Part shown: piece after piece, positions 54,805 to 64,000 of the stretch
Layout: each line of letters starts with the position of its first letter
How positions within the stretch are numbered: position 1 is the first letter of the stretch
Virus record (IMG/VR): IMGVR_UViG_3300009037_000004
Coordinates: 1-64,000 of that record
Origin: a virus
Lineage: Duplodnaviria; Caudoviricetes
Direction: 5' to 3' (one strand)
DNA: 64,000 bases
Notes under the pieces: model-generated
What the model was told of the DNA's origin: nothing
Seen by the model: the letters and a program-made list of their open reading frames with translations, nothing else
The model's database searches: none
Translations under genes and position numbers: made by a program

Positions 54805-55506
54805 TCAGAACTGGATTTCCCAGTAGACCTCGAAGGCCACGGAGACCGTCTTCGAGATGGTGTCGAAGGTATTGTAAGCGATGAGCCGTTGACGGGTCGA
54901 GTAGTTGATGTGCGCTGGGTGAGCCCCCACGCTGTAGTCGTAAACCTCCTCCGAGGTCCGGCTCGCTTGCTGATTGCTGAGCATCAGCCCGATCTCGGAC
55001 AGTGGTACGGAAGGATACGATCCCGAGAGATTGATGTCGGTGTAGTTGAACAGACAGGTGTAGGTCACCTTCGTGATCGGCACGCCGCCGAAGGTCGGGG
55101 GCGCCGTGACGCTGTTCATCCAAACACCCGCTGAAGAACCCACTCCGGCTGTCCCCGTCACCTTCACCGGCCGCTCGAGGTATGGCGTCGTCAAAACGGT
55201 GTCATCGAACGTGTTCTGGCCAGGGTAGTGGGCATCGAGGGTTGGATAGGTCCCGGCGATGTCACTGACCAACTGGGAATCCCCTCCGATCCCCAGCGCC
55301 ATGTACCGCACGACTCGAATGGGCGAATCGTTGTAGTGCGCGGCAAAGCTGGAGTCCAGGGGGGAGATCACTTCGGGCAGATACTGCCGGCCGAGGTTGA
55401 CCCAGATGTTATGCCCTTCGCGGCAAAGCCCAGGAACCTTCTTCCCGCGATCGTCTCGAGCGACGATCTTCACGTTGGTTTTGACGTCAATGATGTCCCT
55501 GAACAT
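54805..55506 (-). CDS. Baseplate/tail-fibre attachment protein
   Basis: NIWVNLGR..L, MALGIGG, SEIGL and AYNTF..ISKT....EVYWEIQF pattern. Confidence 0.6.
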   Translation of the reverse strand: MFRDIIDVKTNVKIVARDDRGKKVPGLCREGHNIWVNLGRQYLPEVISPLDSSFAAHYNDSPIRVVRYMALGIGGDSQLVSDIAGTYPTLDAHYPGQNTFDDTVLTTPYLERPVKVTGTAGVGSSAGVWMNSVTAPPTFGGVPITKVTYTCLFNYTDINLSGSYPSVPLSEIGLMLSNQQASRTSEEVYDYSVGAHPAHINYSTRQRLIAYNTFDTISKTVSVAFEVYWEIQF

Positions 55507-55512
55507 GGTTCC

Positions 55513-58500
55513 TCACTTCATCCAGCGTTCACGATGATAAGTCCCGGCGGTCACAGCCGCATCGTGAGTGATGACACCAACCAGCGGCCCGTAGGGCGCC
55601 GGAGATAGGCTGTCGGGTCCACTGAGAGGAACCTTGTCCTCTGAGACCAGATCTCCGTCCGTGTCCCCATCATCATAGGACCAGATCGTATCAAAGAACC
55701 ACCCCGCTCCGCCAGGGTGGATGTAGGAAATGGCCACCCACAGAAGGTCGTCCGGGCAGAGTCGGTGAGTGTCGTGAATCCAAGCCGGGGGAGGGGTAAC
55801 TGGATCGTACTGATGCGTCCAGTTACCGCTTTCATCTGTGTCGTCCCAGCGGTAGGAGCCAGATTCAATCCGAGAGCAGAAGGTATCGGAGAGCGCCAGC
55901 TTCACCTTCATCGTAATCGTGTCTGCCACGTCCACCTCGGTGGTAGGCAGCTTCTTCAGCATCACGAAGAGAGGCCAGGTATAGGCCGGCTTGATCTTCT
56001 TCACGAAGTCCTGCGCGAAGATGAGGTTGGTCAGGTTGAACGTGTCCACATCCGCCCGGATGAGAAAGCGAAAGTACTTGTCGAGCTCCAACATCTGATG
56101 TTGAGCAACGTAGGACTGAAGCCAAGCGGGATCTGAGACCCAGTCTTCTACCTCGACACCCCCACTGAGCGGCGCGAACATAGCCACGGTGTCCCCCTCA
56201 ACATAGGGAAGTCCGGTGGCATCATTGGTCGCCAAGCCAGCGGCCAGTGGGTAATAGTAGGTGCGAACGATGTTGGTCTGGTAAGTGTCCTGGATGATGA
56301 TCCTACCCTCGGTCGCACTGAAGTTCGGCTCAACCGAGGTGATCATGCCATCAGCCTCTGAGAAAGGAAGACCGAGTAAGATCTGCGCTCCGACCTTGAC
56401 CTTGTACAAGGACGGGCCGCCAAAGTAGGCCCACCACAAACCCCGGACGGCGGAGAGGTAGTCCAGGTCGTCAGTCCGAGTCTCCAAACCCTCGATTGTG
56501 AAGTTCACCATCCGCCCGAAATTGGCCTCGATCGTTGGGCGGTTGTCCAGGTACGTGATCTCAGCCCACAGAATATCTGGTGGAGGATCGAGGTAGGTGA
56601 ACGTGCCGGATGAGAGGGAGATGGCGTTCTGATCTCCCACCTTCTCAATCACGTAGTCCACGTTCTGAGCCAACGTACTCGGAGGATCTTTGATGGTTTG
56701 CTGGAGTCTGGGAATCTCCAACACAAGATCATCCACCGGGATGTACTTGACGTGTTTGGTTCCCAGGAAACGCGTCTCGTAGAGGTTGGGTGAGCCGGCG
56801 TAGCTTTCCAGCAGCGGAGCCGGATCGAAACCCAAGCCATAGCCATTCACGGCCACGACCTCACAAGCTACTTCTCGCGTGGTCCTGGTTGTCCTGAGCT
56901 TCACCTCGAACCGAGCGATGTCCCCAGGCATCACCAGCCTAGACTCGAAGTCGATCTCCTCCGAGACCACGATCGAGGGAATGATCCATGGACCAGGTGG
57001 AGTGATGGGGTCTGTCGGATCTGGGAGATCGCTCTCGAGTGTCAGCCCCCGCATCTCCGTGTAGGGAGATGCCGACTCTGCCGCGGTCTTCACAATGACG
57101 TAACCCTGACCGTACGTCACCAGGAGGTCGCCAGCGACCACGCCTTGCTCATCGAAATCGAGGACCGGGGGATCTGTCGCCTCGAAGGAAGTCAGCCGGG
57201 TCGGAGAGAGCGCGGAACCAAGAGAGCCTCGCAGGTCGTTCTGGGTGTACTCGGTGGCCGAGAACCCCAGAGTCGAGTTCGCTGTCCCTCCCGGCCGGAT
57301 TCGAAGGAGCAGAGCGTAGTCCAGCGTGAGGTATTGGGATGCGCCCTTGGTTACCGCTGCTGCCAGCTTGGTAGCCGCCGTTCCAAACCCCATCTGCTCA
57401 TTGATTTGGTCCACGATGTCCGAAAGTGAGATGGGATTCGCGCCGCTGAAGGTGACAATCTGGACGGCTGAGGCATCGAGGACAAGTTGGAGGGTAAGCC
57501 CATCCACGTTTGCCCCAGCCGCCAGATCTGAACTGAAGATCGGCCCTCGGATGATGCGGACCGAGGCCGTGGTCGGGTCGTCAATGTCGCGGGTATCATA
57601 GCCCAGCCAGCGGCGTTGGAAGACTCGCTGGATATCGATGAGGCTCTTGTTGTAGTCAATCTGCCAGGCTGTTAAAAGTTGCGCGGCTGCGGCCTGGGCG
57701 AAGCCTGACCAGAAAGTCTCGATGATCTCCCGATCCTCCAGCAGGTTCCAGAAGTCCCCAAGCAGGTTCCAGATCCAACTCAGGTCCGGGATGCACCCCA
57801 GTGCCACGGAAGTCTGGCTGACATTCAGCAACACCGTGGTGGGGAGGCTGTCGAGCGATCCATCGTTCACCACGAGCTGGACGTAGTAGAGCCCACTGAT
57901 GTCCGGGATGGCCGAGGTCGTGGGCTGAGTACGATCGTTGAAGAAGGTGGCGCTATGGAAGACGTCCCAGGCCACCCCGCTCAGATCGTCCGGTAGAGTA
58001 TCAGTCGTGATGACGATCTCATCATCATCCCACGTGAGCGTGTCTCGCTCATACTTCCCAGTCGAGGTATTGAGCGTCCAGCGATCGGTGCTGACCTCAT
58101 AGACCGTACCCTCTACGAGAAGCGCATCACCCGGCTGGAGAAGCGGGGCATTGTCTTCACTGAACACGTCAGTCCCGCCGTTGAAGATATCGGTGAACCC
58201 ATCCACATCTCCATCATCCGAAGTCGAACCATCCGTCCCGGAGATTCGGTATCTGGAGACCTCGGGGGCATCCACAAGGGACCACTTGTAGGTCAGGGGT
58301 GCCCGTTCCGGGTCGTAGCTGGCCATGCCATCGTAGGTCACCGCCGAGCCCACGTTCGCAGTCTGGTCATTCCCAGCATCCGCGATCGGCCGGCGGTTGG
58401 GGACCAAGGCCTGATTGCAGCAAGCGCGGAATGAGCTGAACTTTCCAACGACGGCCCGGGTAGACTGCCCAATGATCTCGACCCGGATGGAATCGGGAAC

Positions 58501-59070
58501 GCCACTGGGAGTCGATGGGGCCGCGGTCGTGTACCGAAGTTGATGCCCCGTCAGCGGGAGATCTGAAGTCTTGGTGAGGTAGAGGTACATCGTGTCCGAC
58601 GTGCCCTCTACCACCAGCCTGAGCGTGTAGTAGGTTTCTCCCTCCGTCAGGAGATCCTGGCTGCCCGGCAGGACTAGCGCGCTGGTTCCGAAAGAGGCGA
58701 GGAGCGCGATGCCACTCTTCGAGAGGAGGATACCGCCAGCATTGTCCTGCTGGTCGTAGGTTCCGATGAAAAACCGGTAGAGATCGAGCTTAGAAAGGTC
58801 TTCGGGCAGGGCGCTGGGTTTGAACGTCGTCTCAAACGTGTGATCTGGCTGGAGGGACAGATCAAACTCAAGACTGCTGGAGGCCCCATCATCGCTGGTG
58901 ATGACTAGATCGTCGTAGCTATCGATTGAGAACCAGGGGGAACCACGGGATGCTGTGACCTCGGGGAAAGTGAGGATCAGCGGCATGCTGGCCTCACCCA
59001 CATCCATGCAAGTGAATTCGTCCCCAGTCGGGAGGATGAGAGTGGTGGAAAAGCTGTAGGTGACTGACAT
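55513..59070 (-). CDS. Large baseplate wedge-like protein with PKD/Ig domain
   Basis: PIADAG.DQ...YDP...LTYKW...G.Y.VQLVVNDG (PKD) and FVKKIKPAYT (wedge-like). Confidence 0.65.
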   Translation of the reverse strand: MSVTYSFSTTLILPTGDEFTCMDVGEASMPLILTFPEVTASRGSPWFSIDSYDDLVITSDDGASSSLEFDLSLQPDHTFETTFKPSALPEDLSKLDLYRFFIGTYDQQDNAGGILLSKSGIALLASFGTSALVLPGSQDLLTEGETYYTLRLVVEGTSDTMYLYLTKTSDLPLTGHQLRYTTAAPSTPSGVPDSIRVEIIGQSTRAVVGKFSSFRACCNQALVPNRRPIADAGNDQTANVGSAVTYDGMASYDPERAPLTYKWSLVDAPEVSRYRISGTDGSTSDDGDVDGFTDIFNGGTDVFSEDNAPLLQPGDALLVEGTVYEVSTDRWTLNTSTGKYERDTLTWDDDEIVITTDTLPDDLSGVAWDVFHSATFFNDRTQPTTSAIPDISGLYYVQLVVNDGSLDSLPTTVLLNVSQTSVALGCIPDLSWIWNLLGDFWNLLEDREIIETFWSGFAQAAAAQLLTAWQIDYNKSLIDIQRVFQRRWLGYDTRDIDDPTTASVRIIRGPIFSSDLAAGANVDGLTLQLVLDASAVQIVTFSGANPISLSDIVDQINEQMGFGTAATKLAAAVTKGASQYLTLDYALLLRIRPGGTANSTLGFSATEYTQNDLRGSLGSALSPTRLTSFEATDPPVLDFDEQGVVAGDLLVTYGQGYVIVKTAAESASPYTEMRGLTLESDLPDPTDPITPPGPWIIPSIVVSEEIDFESRLVMPGDIARFEVKLRTTRTTREVACEVVAVNGYGLGFDPAPLLESYAGSPNLYETRFLGTKHVKYIPVDDLVLEIPRLQQTIKDPPSTLAQNVDYVIEKVGDQNAISLSSGTFTYLDPPPDILWAEITYLDNRPTIEANFGRMVNFTIEGLETRTDDLDYLSAVRGLWWAYFGGPSLYKVKVGAQILLGLPFSEADGMITSVEPNFSATEGRIIIQDTYQTNIVRTYYYPLAAGLATNDATGLPYVEGDTVAMFAPLSGGVEVEDWVSDPAWLQSYVAQHQMLELDKYFRFLIRADVDTFNLTNLIFAQDFVKKIKPAYTWPLFVMLKKLPTTEVDVADTITMKVKLALSDTFCSRIESGSYRWDDTDESGNWTHQYDPVTPPPAWIHDTHRLCPDDLLWVAISYIHPGGAGWFFDTIWSYDDGDTDGDLVSEDKVPLSGPDSLSPAPYGPLVGVITHDAAVTAGTYHRERWMK

Positions 59071-59462
59071 CAGGCCAATCTCTCAGGATTGCCGGCGAGG
59101 TCGAGGGCGGCAACCTTCACGTGAATCAACTCCCCCGTCTCAAAGTCCGTGTCAGGATCGATGACCACGCGGAATCCTCCCAGGATGTTGGTGACCGCCG
59201 ATGATGGCCCATCGTACCCCGATTTGAACTGTGGCGTCTCCCCCTGAGCAAAAACGAGCACGAACCCGGCACCGCGGTCAATCCAAATGTTGATGGAGTC
59301 ATCCTTCACCCCCTCATCATCCGTGATCTCTACCGTGATATCGGTATTCACAGGAACCTGTGTCTCATCCTTGTGAGGATTGATCGCCGTTACGAGGGGG
59401 CCGACTAAATCGATCTCCAAACCATACTGATTGATCCCGTATCTGGTACCGTAACCCGCCAT
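59070..59462 (-). CDS. Ig-like domain tail/virion protein
   Basis: P.V..INP....VPVNT.I...D.AGN pattern. Confidence 0.65.
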   Translation of the reverse strand: MAGYGTRYGINQYGLEIDLVGPLVTAINPHKDETQVPVNTDITVEITDDEGVKDDSINIWIDRGAGFVLVFAQGETPQFKSGYDGPSSAVTNILGGFRVVIDPDTDFETGELIHVKVAALDLAGNPERLA

Positions 59463-59469
59463 GAGATCC

Positions 59470-59919
59470 TCAGCTCAAATGCCTTGTCGCAGCCCACACG
59501 ATATCCGTGAGCTGGGAGAAGGGAACAGCACCATCATAGTAGTTGCCGTCCGGGTCTGGTCCATTCTCCGCCTCCCAGAAAACCCAAGCTGCTCCGCCCC
59601 CCGTGTTCTTCCCGCGCATGATCGCATAGAAGGGCGGGGTGCTCACCGCCGGAGAACCCTGGTCTACCAGGAGAGGGGCCAGGTCTGGAATCGGGTCCGT
59701 GTTCATGTTGGCCCAATCCCCAAACTGCACGACCCTCTCCACGAGGACAACAGAGAGGTCCGGGATCGGATCTGCGTTCAGTGCGTAGCCGTCGCCGTAC
59801 TCGTCCAGGGCAGGACTGGCAGAGACGCCGAGCGCAGGCAGAGACGCCCCATCGGCAAAGTACCCCCGCTCTTCCTTCCGAACGTCTGCGTACACATTGA
59901 GCGCGGGTAGCGTTGCCAT
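59470..59919 (-). CDS. Tail cassette gene C' (paralog of 62336-62572)
   Basis: MATLP...MRG.NTG.G....W.A..PD..G.YY...VPF..LTDI. Confidence 0.65.
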   Translation of the reverse strand: MATLPALNVYADVRKEERGYFADGASLPALGVSASPALDEYGDGYALNADPIPDLSVVLVERVVQFGDWANMNTDPIPDLAPLLVDQGSPAVSTPPFYAIMRGKNTGGGAAWVFWEAENGPDPDGNYYDGAVPFSQLTDIVWAATRHLS

Positions 59920-59926
59920 GTCTCAC

Positions 59927-61135
59927 CTAGAGCTGGGGAGTGATCCCTGGCCAATCGACAGCGAGGCCATTCGCAATGTGTAGCGTGTCCTTTGCCGTGA
60001 CTCTTGAGAGAGGCTTATGCGCACTGAACCCTCGGCGCATCCGGTAGGCGCCTCTGACGATCCCAAAGATTTCGTAGTCATCCCGTGCGTTGGTGTAGTC
60101 CTTCACCATCAGAGTCCCATCGATGTAGTCATTCTTCCCCGTCCTGGCGTTTGCCTCATTGTGACCAGAAGAATAACTGAATCCCTCACCCTCCCAGCTT
60201 CTCGTTGGATCGAGAGGGTAGCAGTAGTTCTTTGCGACGTTGAATCGCTCTTGCCATGTCACTAGGTTCCCCCACTGCAAGTAACGTGAGTCATAATGCG
60301 CCCACGGATTCACGAAATAGTTTCCCCCACTGCCCAGATTGACTCCCTGGAGCGCCCACCTCTCCGAAGCAACATCATGCTGGGAATCGAATGGCTCAAT
60401 CAAGCTCACAGAACACATGTGCTGTGGCTGATACCAGAGCGTAGGCCCGTATGTCCAGAGGTGCAGCATCGTTCCTTCTGTATTCGCCAGTCCAAAGCAC
60501 CACAGGTTTGCACCACCACCGTAGTTGCCCTTGATGCGTGGGTACGCAGGACTGAGATCGCCGGTGCCGGGAAGGATCTTGCCGGTCGCGGTCCAATCGC
60601 CGTTTAGAGACAACCGGAGAGCCAGCTCGTTGCCACTGTAGGTCGCCATGAGCTGGATCTGCCACCCATCCGCATGAGGCGTTTGCAAGCGGATGTAGTT
60701 CCCATCGGAGCTGGGGTTGGCGTAGTTGTCCGCCATGAGCCACCACGACAGGCTACTCGCGGCCACAGGATACTCGGACGGCAAAGAGCGGAAGTCGATG
60801 GCGATCGTGTTCGCATCAGTGTACCCAATGATCCTGTACCAGCCGCAGTTGACTGGATTGGTGGCGTCAAGGATCAAGATCCACTTGCCTAGATCGGTCG
60901 AGGCGAACGTGGAGTCACCGCCACTCCGAGTGAAGGTGAAGGTGCTCCCCGCAAAGGCTCCGCCGGTGCCCGTCTTCTCCGTCGATCGAAAGCTGCCTGT
61001 GTTCACGGACTCACTGACGAACGTGTACCCACAGCACTTCTCGAGGAACAGCGCGAAGAACTTGATATAGGCGAACGTCCCGTAGTTTGAGAGAGAGGAC
61101 TTCGGGCAAACTTCACGCATCCAGCGATTGGCCAT
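59927..61135 (-). CDS. Tail cassette gene B' (paralog of 62581-63741)
   Basis: MANRWMREV...GKWILI.DATNPVN.GWY...DWPG.TPQ. Confidence 0.7.
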   Translation of the reverse strand: MANRWMREVCPKSSLSNYGTFAYIKFFALFLEKCCGYTFVSESVNTGSFRSTEKTGTGGAFAGSTFTFTRSGGDSTFASTDLGKWILILDATNPVNCGWYRIIGYTDANTIAIDFRSLPSEYPVAASSLSWWLMADNYANPSSDGNYIRLQTPHADGWQIQLMATYSGNELALRLSLNGDWTATGKILPGTGDLSPAYPRIKGNYGGGANLWCFGLANTEGTMLHLWTYGPTLWYQPQHMCSVSLIEPFDSQHDVASERWALQGVNLGSGGNYFVNPWAHYDSRYLQWGNLVTWQERFNVAKNYCYPLDPTRSWEGEGFSYSSGHNEANARTGKNDYIDGTLMVKDYTNARDDYEIFGIVRGAYRMRRGFSAHKPLSRVTAKDTLHIANGLAVDWPGITPQL

Positions 61136-61144
61136 GATCGTCTC

Positions 61145-62326
61145 CTAGTAGGCCGGCATGATATGCACCTTCGACCCATTCCAGGGAGTGCAAACACCCA
61201 TTCCAAAATGGATGTACTCCCTGGATGGCCCAAAGGGCGTAAGCCGCTCGTTCAATCCGGTGATGCTCCAGATGTCCTTCAGCAGTCCGCGCCGTTCGGT
61301 GTGCGGGACCGAGGGATACATCATCATTACCCGCTGGAGCTGTAACTTTCGGTTGAACGCGCTCCAGCGTTGCATGATGCTGTACTCGATCGGCCAGTTG
61401 ATCCCCGTGATGATGCTCGGCACCTCTCCGTAACAGGTGAGAGTTGTGCGATTGTCTGGAGCCAGCCATCTTCCGCCACTCTTGGTCCCTAGGAAATCGG
61501 TACCAGAGGATCCAAAGATCTGGTATATCCCCGCCTCCGCCAGACAGCCGATCACAACCATCGGTCCAGGATCGACAGAGGGGTGGAACGCGGTAAACTC
61601 CCCCACATAGAGGAAGAACCCCCTGGTCTTGTACCGTCCGGTGTTGGCAACCCAGACGATGATTTTGTTCTGATCTACACAGGCGAACAGAGTTCCGTAG
61701 GAGGCGAACCCGAAACTTTCATCATTACTGGGCTGGTAGTCCGAAGTGTTTCTCGCATCTGTTGCTGACCACGCATGTGTCCCTGCATCCCACGTCGCAT
61801 AAGGGCCGAGCGCGAAGTATGGACAGGAGTTACTGGCCCTGACCTTCAAGTGCCAGTTCCCACCGACCGAGTAGGCTCCTTGCAGGATGGCCCACGAGTC
61901 CGCCGGTGGGTAATACGACGCCGAGTTCTCCCAGAGTCTCCAGGTCAGCCCGGTCTCTCCCGGAGGGATGCCATCCTCATGAACGCAGACCTTGGCGTTG
62001 AACTTGACGATCTTGGAGGTGAGAACGTCTGTGATCCTGTAGATGCCATTCCGAGATGGGACGGTCATACCCGTGATCGTGAGATACCGGCCGATGTCCG
62101 CACTCGTGAAGCTGTAGCCGTCTCCAGTGGTGTCGAGTTGATCTGTTTGCCCCACGACAGACGCGCCATTAACCCCCGTCGAAATCGTGGCTGTCCACTG
62201 ACTGTCCCCGACCTTGGAGTCGAATAGGGTCATACCCGCGACCTGAGTACACAGCTCTACCAGCCAGCGGGAGAGGAAGAGACCTCCCAACGAGGAGGAG
62301 AGGCCATTCTGGAATGAGTAGGCCAT
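61145..62326 (-). CDS. Tail cassette gene A' (paralog of 63751-64000)
   Basis: C-terminal RWS.F.RK...ERRG.LKD.W...PFG.SREY.H...PWNGSKVH. Confidence 0.7.
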   Translation of the reverse strand: MAYSFQNGLSSSLGGLFLSRWLVELCTQVAGMTLFDSKVGDSQWTATISTGVNGASVVGQTDQLDTTGDGYSFTSADIGRYLTITGMTVPSRNGIYRITDVLTSKIVKFNAKVCVHEDGIPPGETGLTWRLWENSASYYPPADSWAILQGAYSVGGNWHLKVRASNSCPYFALGPYATWDAGTHAWSATDARNTSDYQPSNDESFGFASYGTLFACVDQNKIIVWVANTGRYKTRGFFLYVGEFTAFHPSVDPGPMVVIGCLAEAGIYQIFGSSGTDFLGTKSGGRWLAPDNRTTLTCYGEVPSIITGINWPIEYSIMQRWSAFNRKLQLQRVMMMYPSVPHTERRGLLKDIWSITGLNERLTPFGPSREYIHFGMGVCTPWNGSKVHIMPAY

Positions 62327-62335
62327 GGCGGGCTC

Positions 62336-62572
62336 CTAGGTTCTCAGCACAGCGGAAATCATAATGTCGGTCAAGTCCACGAACGGAACACCATCTGGGT
62401 CTGGCGAGGGGTAGTAGTACCCTGTGAAGTCCGGCTCTCGCGCCTGCCAGTAGATATAGGTCGGTCCAGCCCCCGTGTTCCGGCCGCGCATCATGACGTA
62501 CCGTAGAGGAACGTCCCCATCCGCCGGAGATTGGGTCGTAGGGTTGCCGTTGATCTCTGGAAGCGTGGCCAT
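62336..62572 (-). CDS. Tail cassette gene C
   Basis: Shorter paralog of 59470-59919. Confidence 0.65.
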   Translation of the reverse strand: MATLPEINGNPTTQSPADGDVPLRYVMMRGRNTGAGPTYIYWQAREPDFTGYYYPSPDPDGVPFVDLTDIMISAVLRT

Positions 62573-62580
62573 CCGATCTC

Positions 62581-63741
62581 CTAGAACTGCGGCGTCAGAC
62601 CAGGCCAGTCGATGGCTGTGCCATCGTACAGGTGGATCATATCCTTGGCACTCACGTTGGTGATAGTCGTTCGCACCCCCACATTGTTCCGAATCGAATA
62701 GTGCCCCGTGAGAGATCCTGGGATCTCGTACTCGTCGGCTCCGTTATCCGTGTCTACCTGTAGGATTGTTCCCGGTCGGATGTCGTTCTTGCCCGTGCGG
62801 ACATTGATCTCATTTGCGGCACGCCCGGTGAACGTGTAGTTGTAATCCCATTCTGACGGATCGAGGTGATACGATCTGCGCTCCGCGTTCGAGTGCTCTC
62901 GCCAAACACGGTTGTACGCCCAGTTGTCGTAGTGCCGGGAGAAGTAGGTTGAGGACGTGCTTCCCGAGATGGAGTTTGGCCCCATGAGCGACCATCGCTC
63001 AACCGCCGGATGGCCCGTCTCGTACTCGGGATCGATCTTCGCCACTCCCGCTCCACAGTTCCCCCCGGCCGAGGTGTGGAACTGGTAGAACATGACGTAA
63101 GTGCCGCCAGTGTCCGCGAAGATGTAGTTGTACATATCGTTGGTCCCCCCGCCCTCCAGATTGAACCACGCAGGCCCCAAAATCTTCCCGGTAGCCGTCC
63201 AATCCGCGTTCATGGACAGCCGATAGTTGATCTTCGAGCTGCTCCCACCCGTGACGTACTTCAACTCCAGATCCCAGCCATCCGCGTGCGGCGTATTGCA
63301 ACGGACGTAGTCCCCCACAGTGGAGGTGATCTGGTAAGTCTCATCCATGATGAACCATGTGAGACCGCTGGCCGCCGTGGGATATTCCGTGCCACCAGAT
63401 CTGAAGTCGATCGTGATATTCGAGGCATCCGTGTAGCCGGTGATCTTGTACCAGCCGTTGTTCACGGGATTGGTAGCATCAACGATCAAGATCCATTTGC
63501 CAACATCGCCGACCACAAAAGAGGCAGCCGTGGCGTCCGTGAAGACGAAGTCGGTTCCCGCGAATGCGCCATTTGTCCCGGTCTTTTCGGTGGTAGTGAA
63601 GTCCCCCGTCGTGTTCTGCTGCGACACGAACGTGTAGCCACAGCACTCCTTCAGAAAGAGGTACTGCATCTTGATGAGCTGGGGCACTCCGCGATTGCTC
63701 GCTCCGAGAAGTTTGACTTCGCGCATCCATCGGTTGGCCAT
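62581..63741 (-). CDS. Tail cassette gene B
   Basis: Paralog of 59927-61135. Confidence 0.7.
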   Translation of the reverse strand: MANRWMREVKLLGASNRGVPQLIKMQYLFLKECCGYTFVSQQNTTGDFTTTEKTGTNGAFAGTDFVFTDATAASFVVGDVGKWILIVDATNPVNNGWYKITGYTDASNITIDFRSGGTEYPTAASGLTWFIMDETYQITSTVGDYVRCNTPHADGWDLELKYVTGGSSSKINYRLSMNADWTATGKILGPAWFNLEGGGTNDMYNYIFADTGGTYVMFYQFHTSAGGNCGAGVAKIDPEYETGHPAVERWSLMGPNSISGSTSSTYFSRHYDNWAYNRVWREHSNAERRSYHLDPSEWDYNYTFTGRAANEINVRTGKNDIRPGTILQVDTDNGADEYEIPGSLTGHYSIRNNVGVRTTITNVSAKDMIHLYDGTAIDWPGLTPQF

Positions 63742-63750
63742 TGGCGTCTC

Positions 63751-64000
63751 CTAGAACTGAACGTGGACCTTGGAGCCATTCCACGGAATGGATATGCCCG
63801 ATATCAAATGGAGGTACTCCCGACTCGCCCCAAAGGGCATCGCCTTAACGTAGTCCTGACCCCCGATCCAGACATCCTTGAGTACCCCACGTCGCTCGAA
63901 TCTACCTGCCGTTGACGCCATGATCGGAATCTCGAACCGGTAGAACTTCCGGCTGAACTGGCTCCACCGACGTAGCACACCTCGAATCCGTACGGCGCTG
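63751..64000 (-). CDS. Tail cassette gene A, 3' part (starts outside the window)
   Basis: Frame is open to the window edge, and the C-terminus matches 61145-62326. Confidence 0.7.
   Translation of the reverse strand, partial: SAVRIRGVLRRWSQFSRKFYRFEIPIMASTAGRFERRGVLKDVWIGGQDYVKAMPFGASREYLHLISGISIPWNGSKVHVQF

Noticed and set aside
1-64000. tRNA/rRNA genes, integrase, DGR reverse transcriptase and alternative genetic code
   Set aside because: None recognised by eye. Genes pack tightly under the standard code with TAG, TGA and TAA all used as stops. A tRNAscan run would be needed to exclude tRNAs formally.

Overview
This 64 kb window is part of a large, GC-rich (about 60% by eye) tailed phage genome, probably a myovirus. 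It is not a host chromosome. Minus-strand operons carry the virion genes: the 5' part of the major capsid gene, a decoration-like protein, prohead protease, intein-split large terminase, portal, baseplate spike and wedge, a beta-helix tailspike, a duplicated three-gene tail cassette and lysis-like membrane proteins. A 2054-aa single-chain beta+beta' RNA polymerase sits among these structural genes. A plus-strand block (31.1-48.1 kb) encodes replication and recombination proteins: SF2 helicase, UDG, DnaB, DnaG, SSB-like, PolA, HU, RecA, a Cas4-like exonuclease and two resolvases. Five things stand out. (1) A two-tier transcription scheme: a recurrent GG[T/C]ATAAG motif heads four plus-strand cassettes, and sigma70-like promoters with 18-bp spacers head three structural operons. 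(2) A putative virion cargo system: an N-terminal F-x-D-E-L-x-K-[IL]-[GS] tag, dense K-x-[AGS] motifs and glycine-rich membrane-type peptides. (3) A stand-alone Csx3/Crn3-like ring nuclease gene with a structured leader. (4) A G_GGA_AAC -1 frameshift candidate outside the tail module. (5) An Hfq/Sm-like gene behind a 67-nt hairpin. All calls come from motif recognition by eye; no database search was run.
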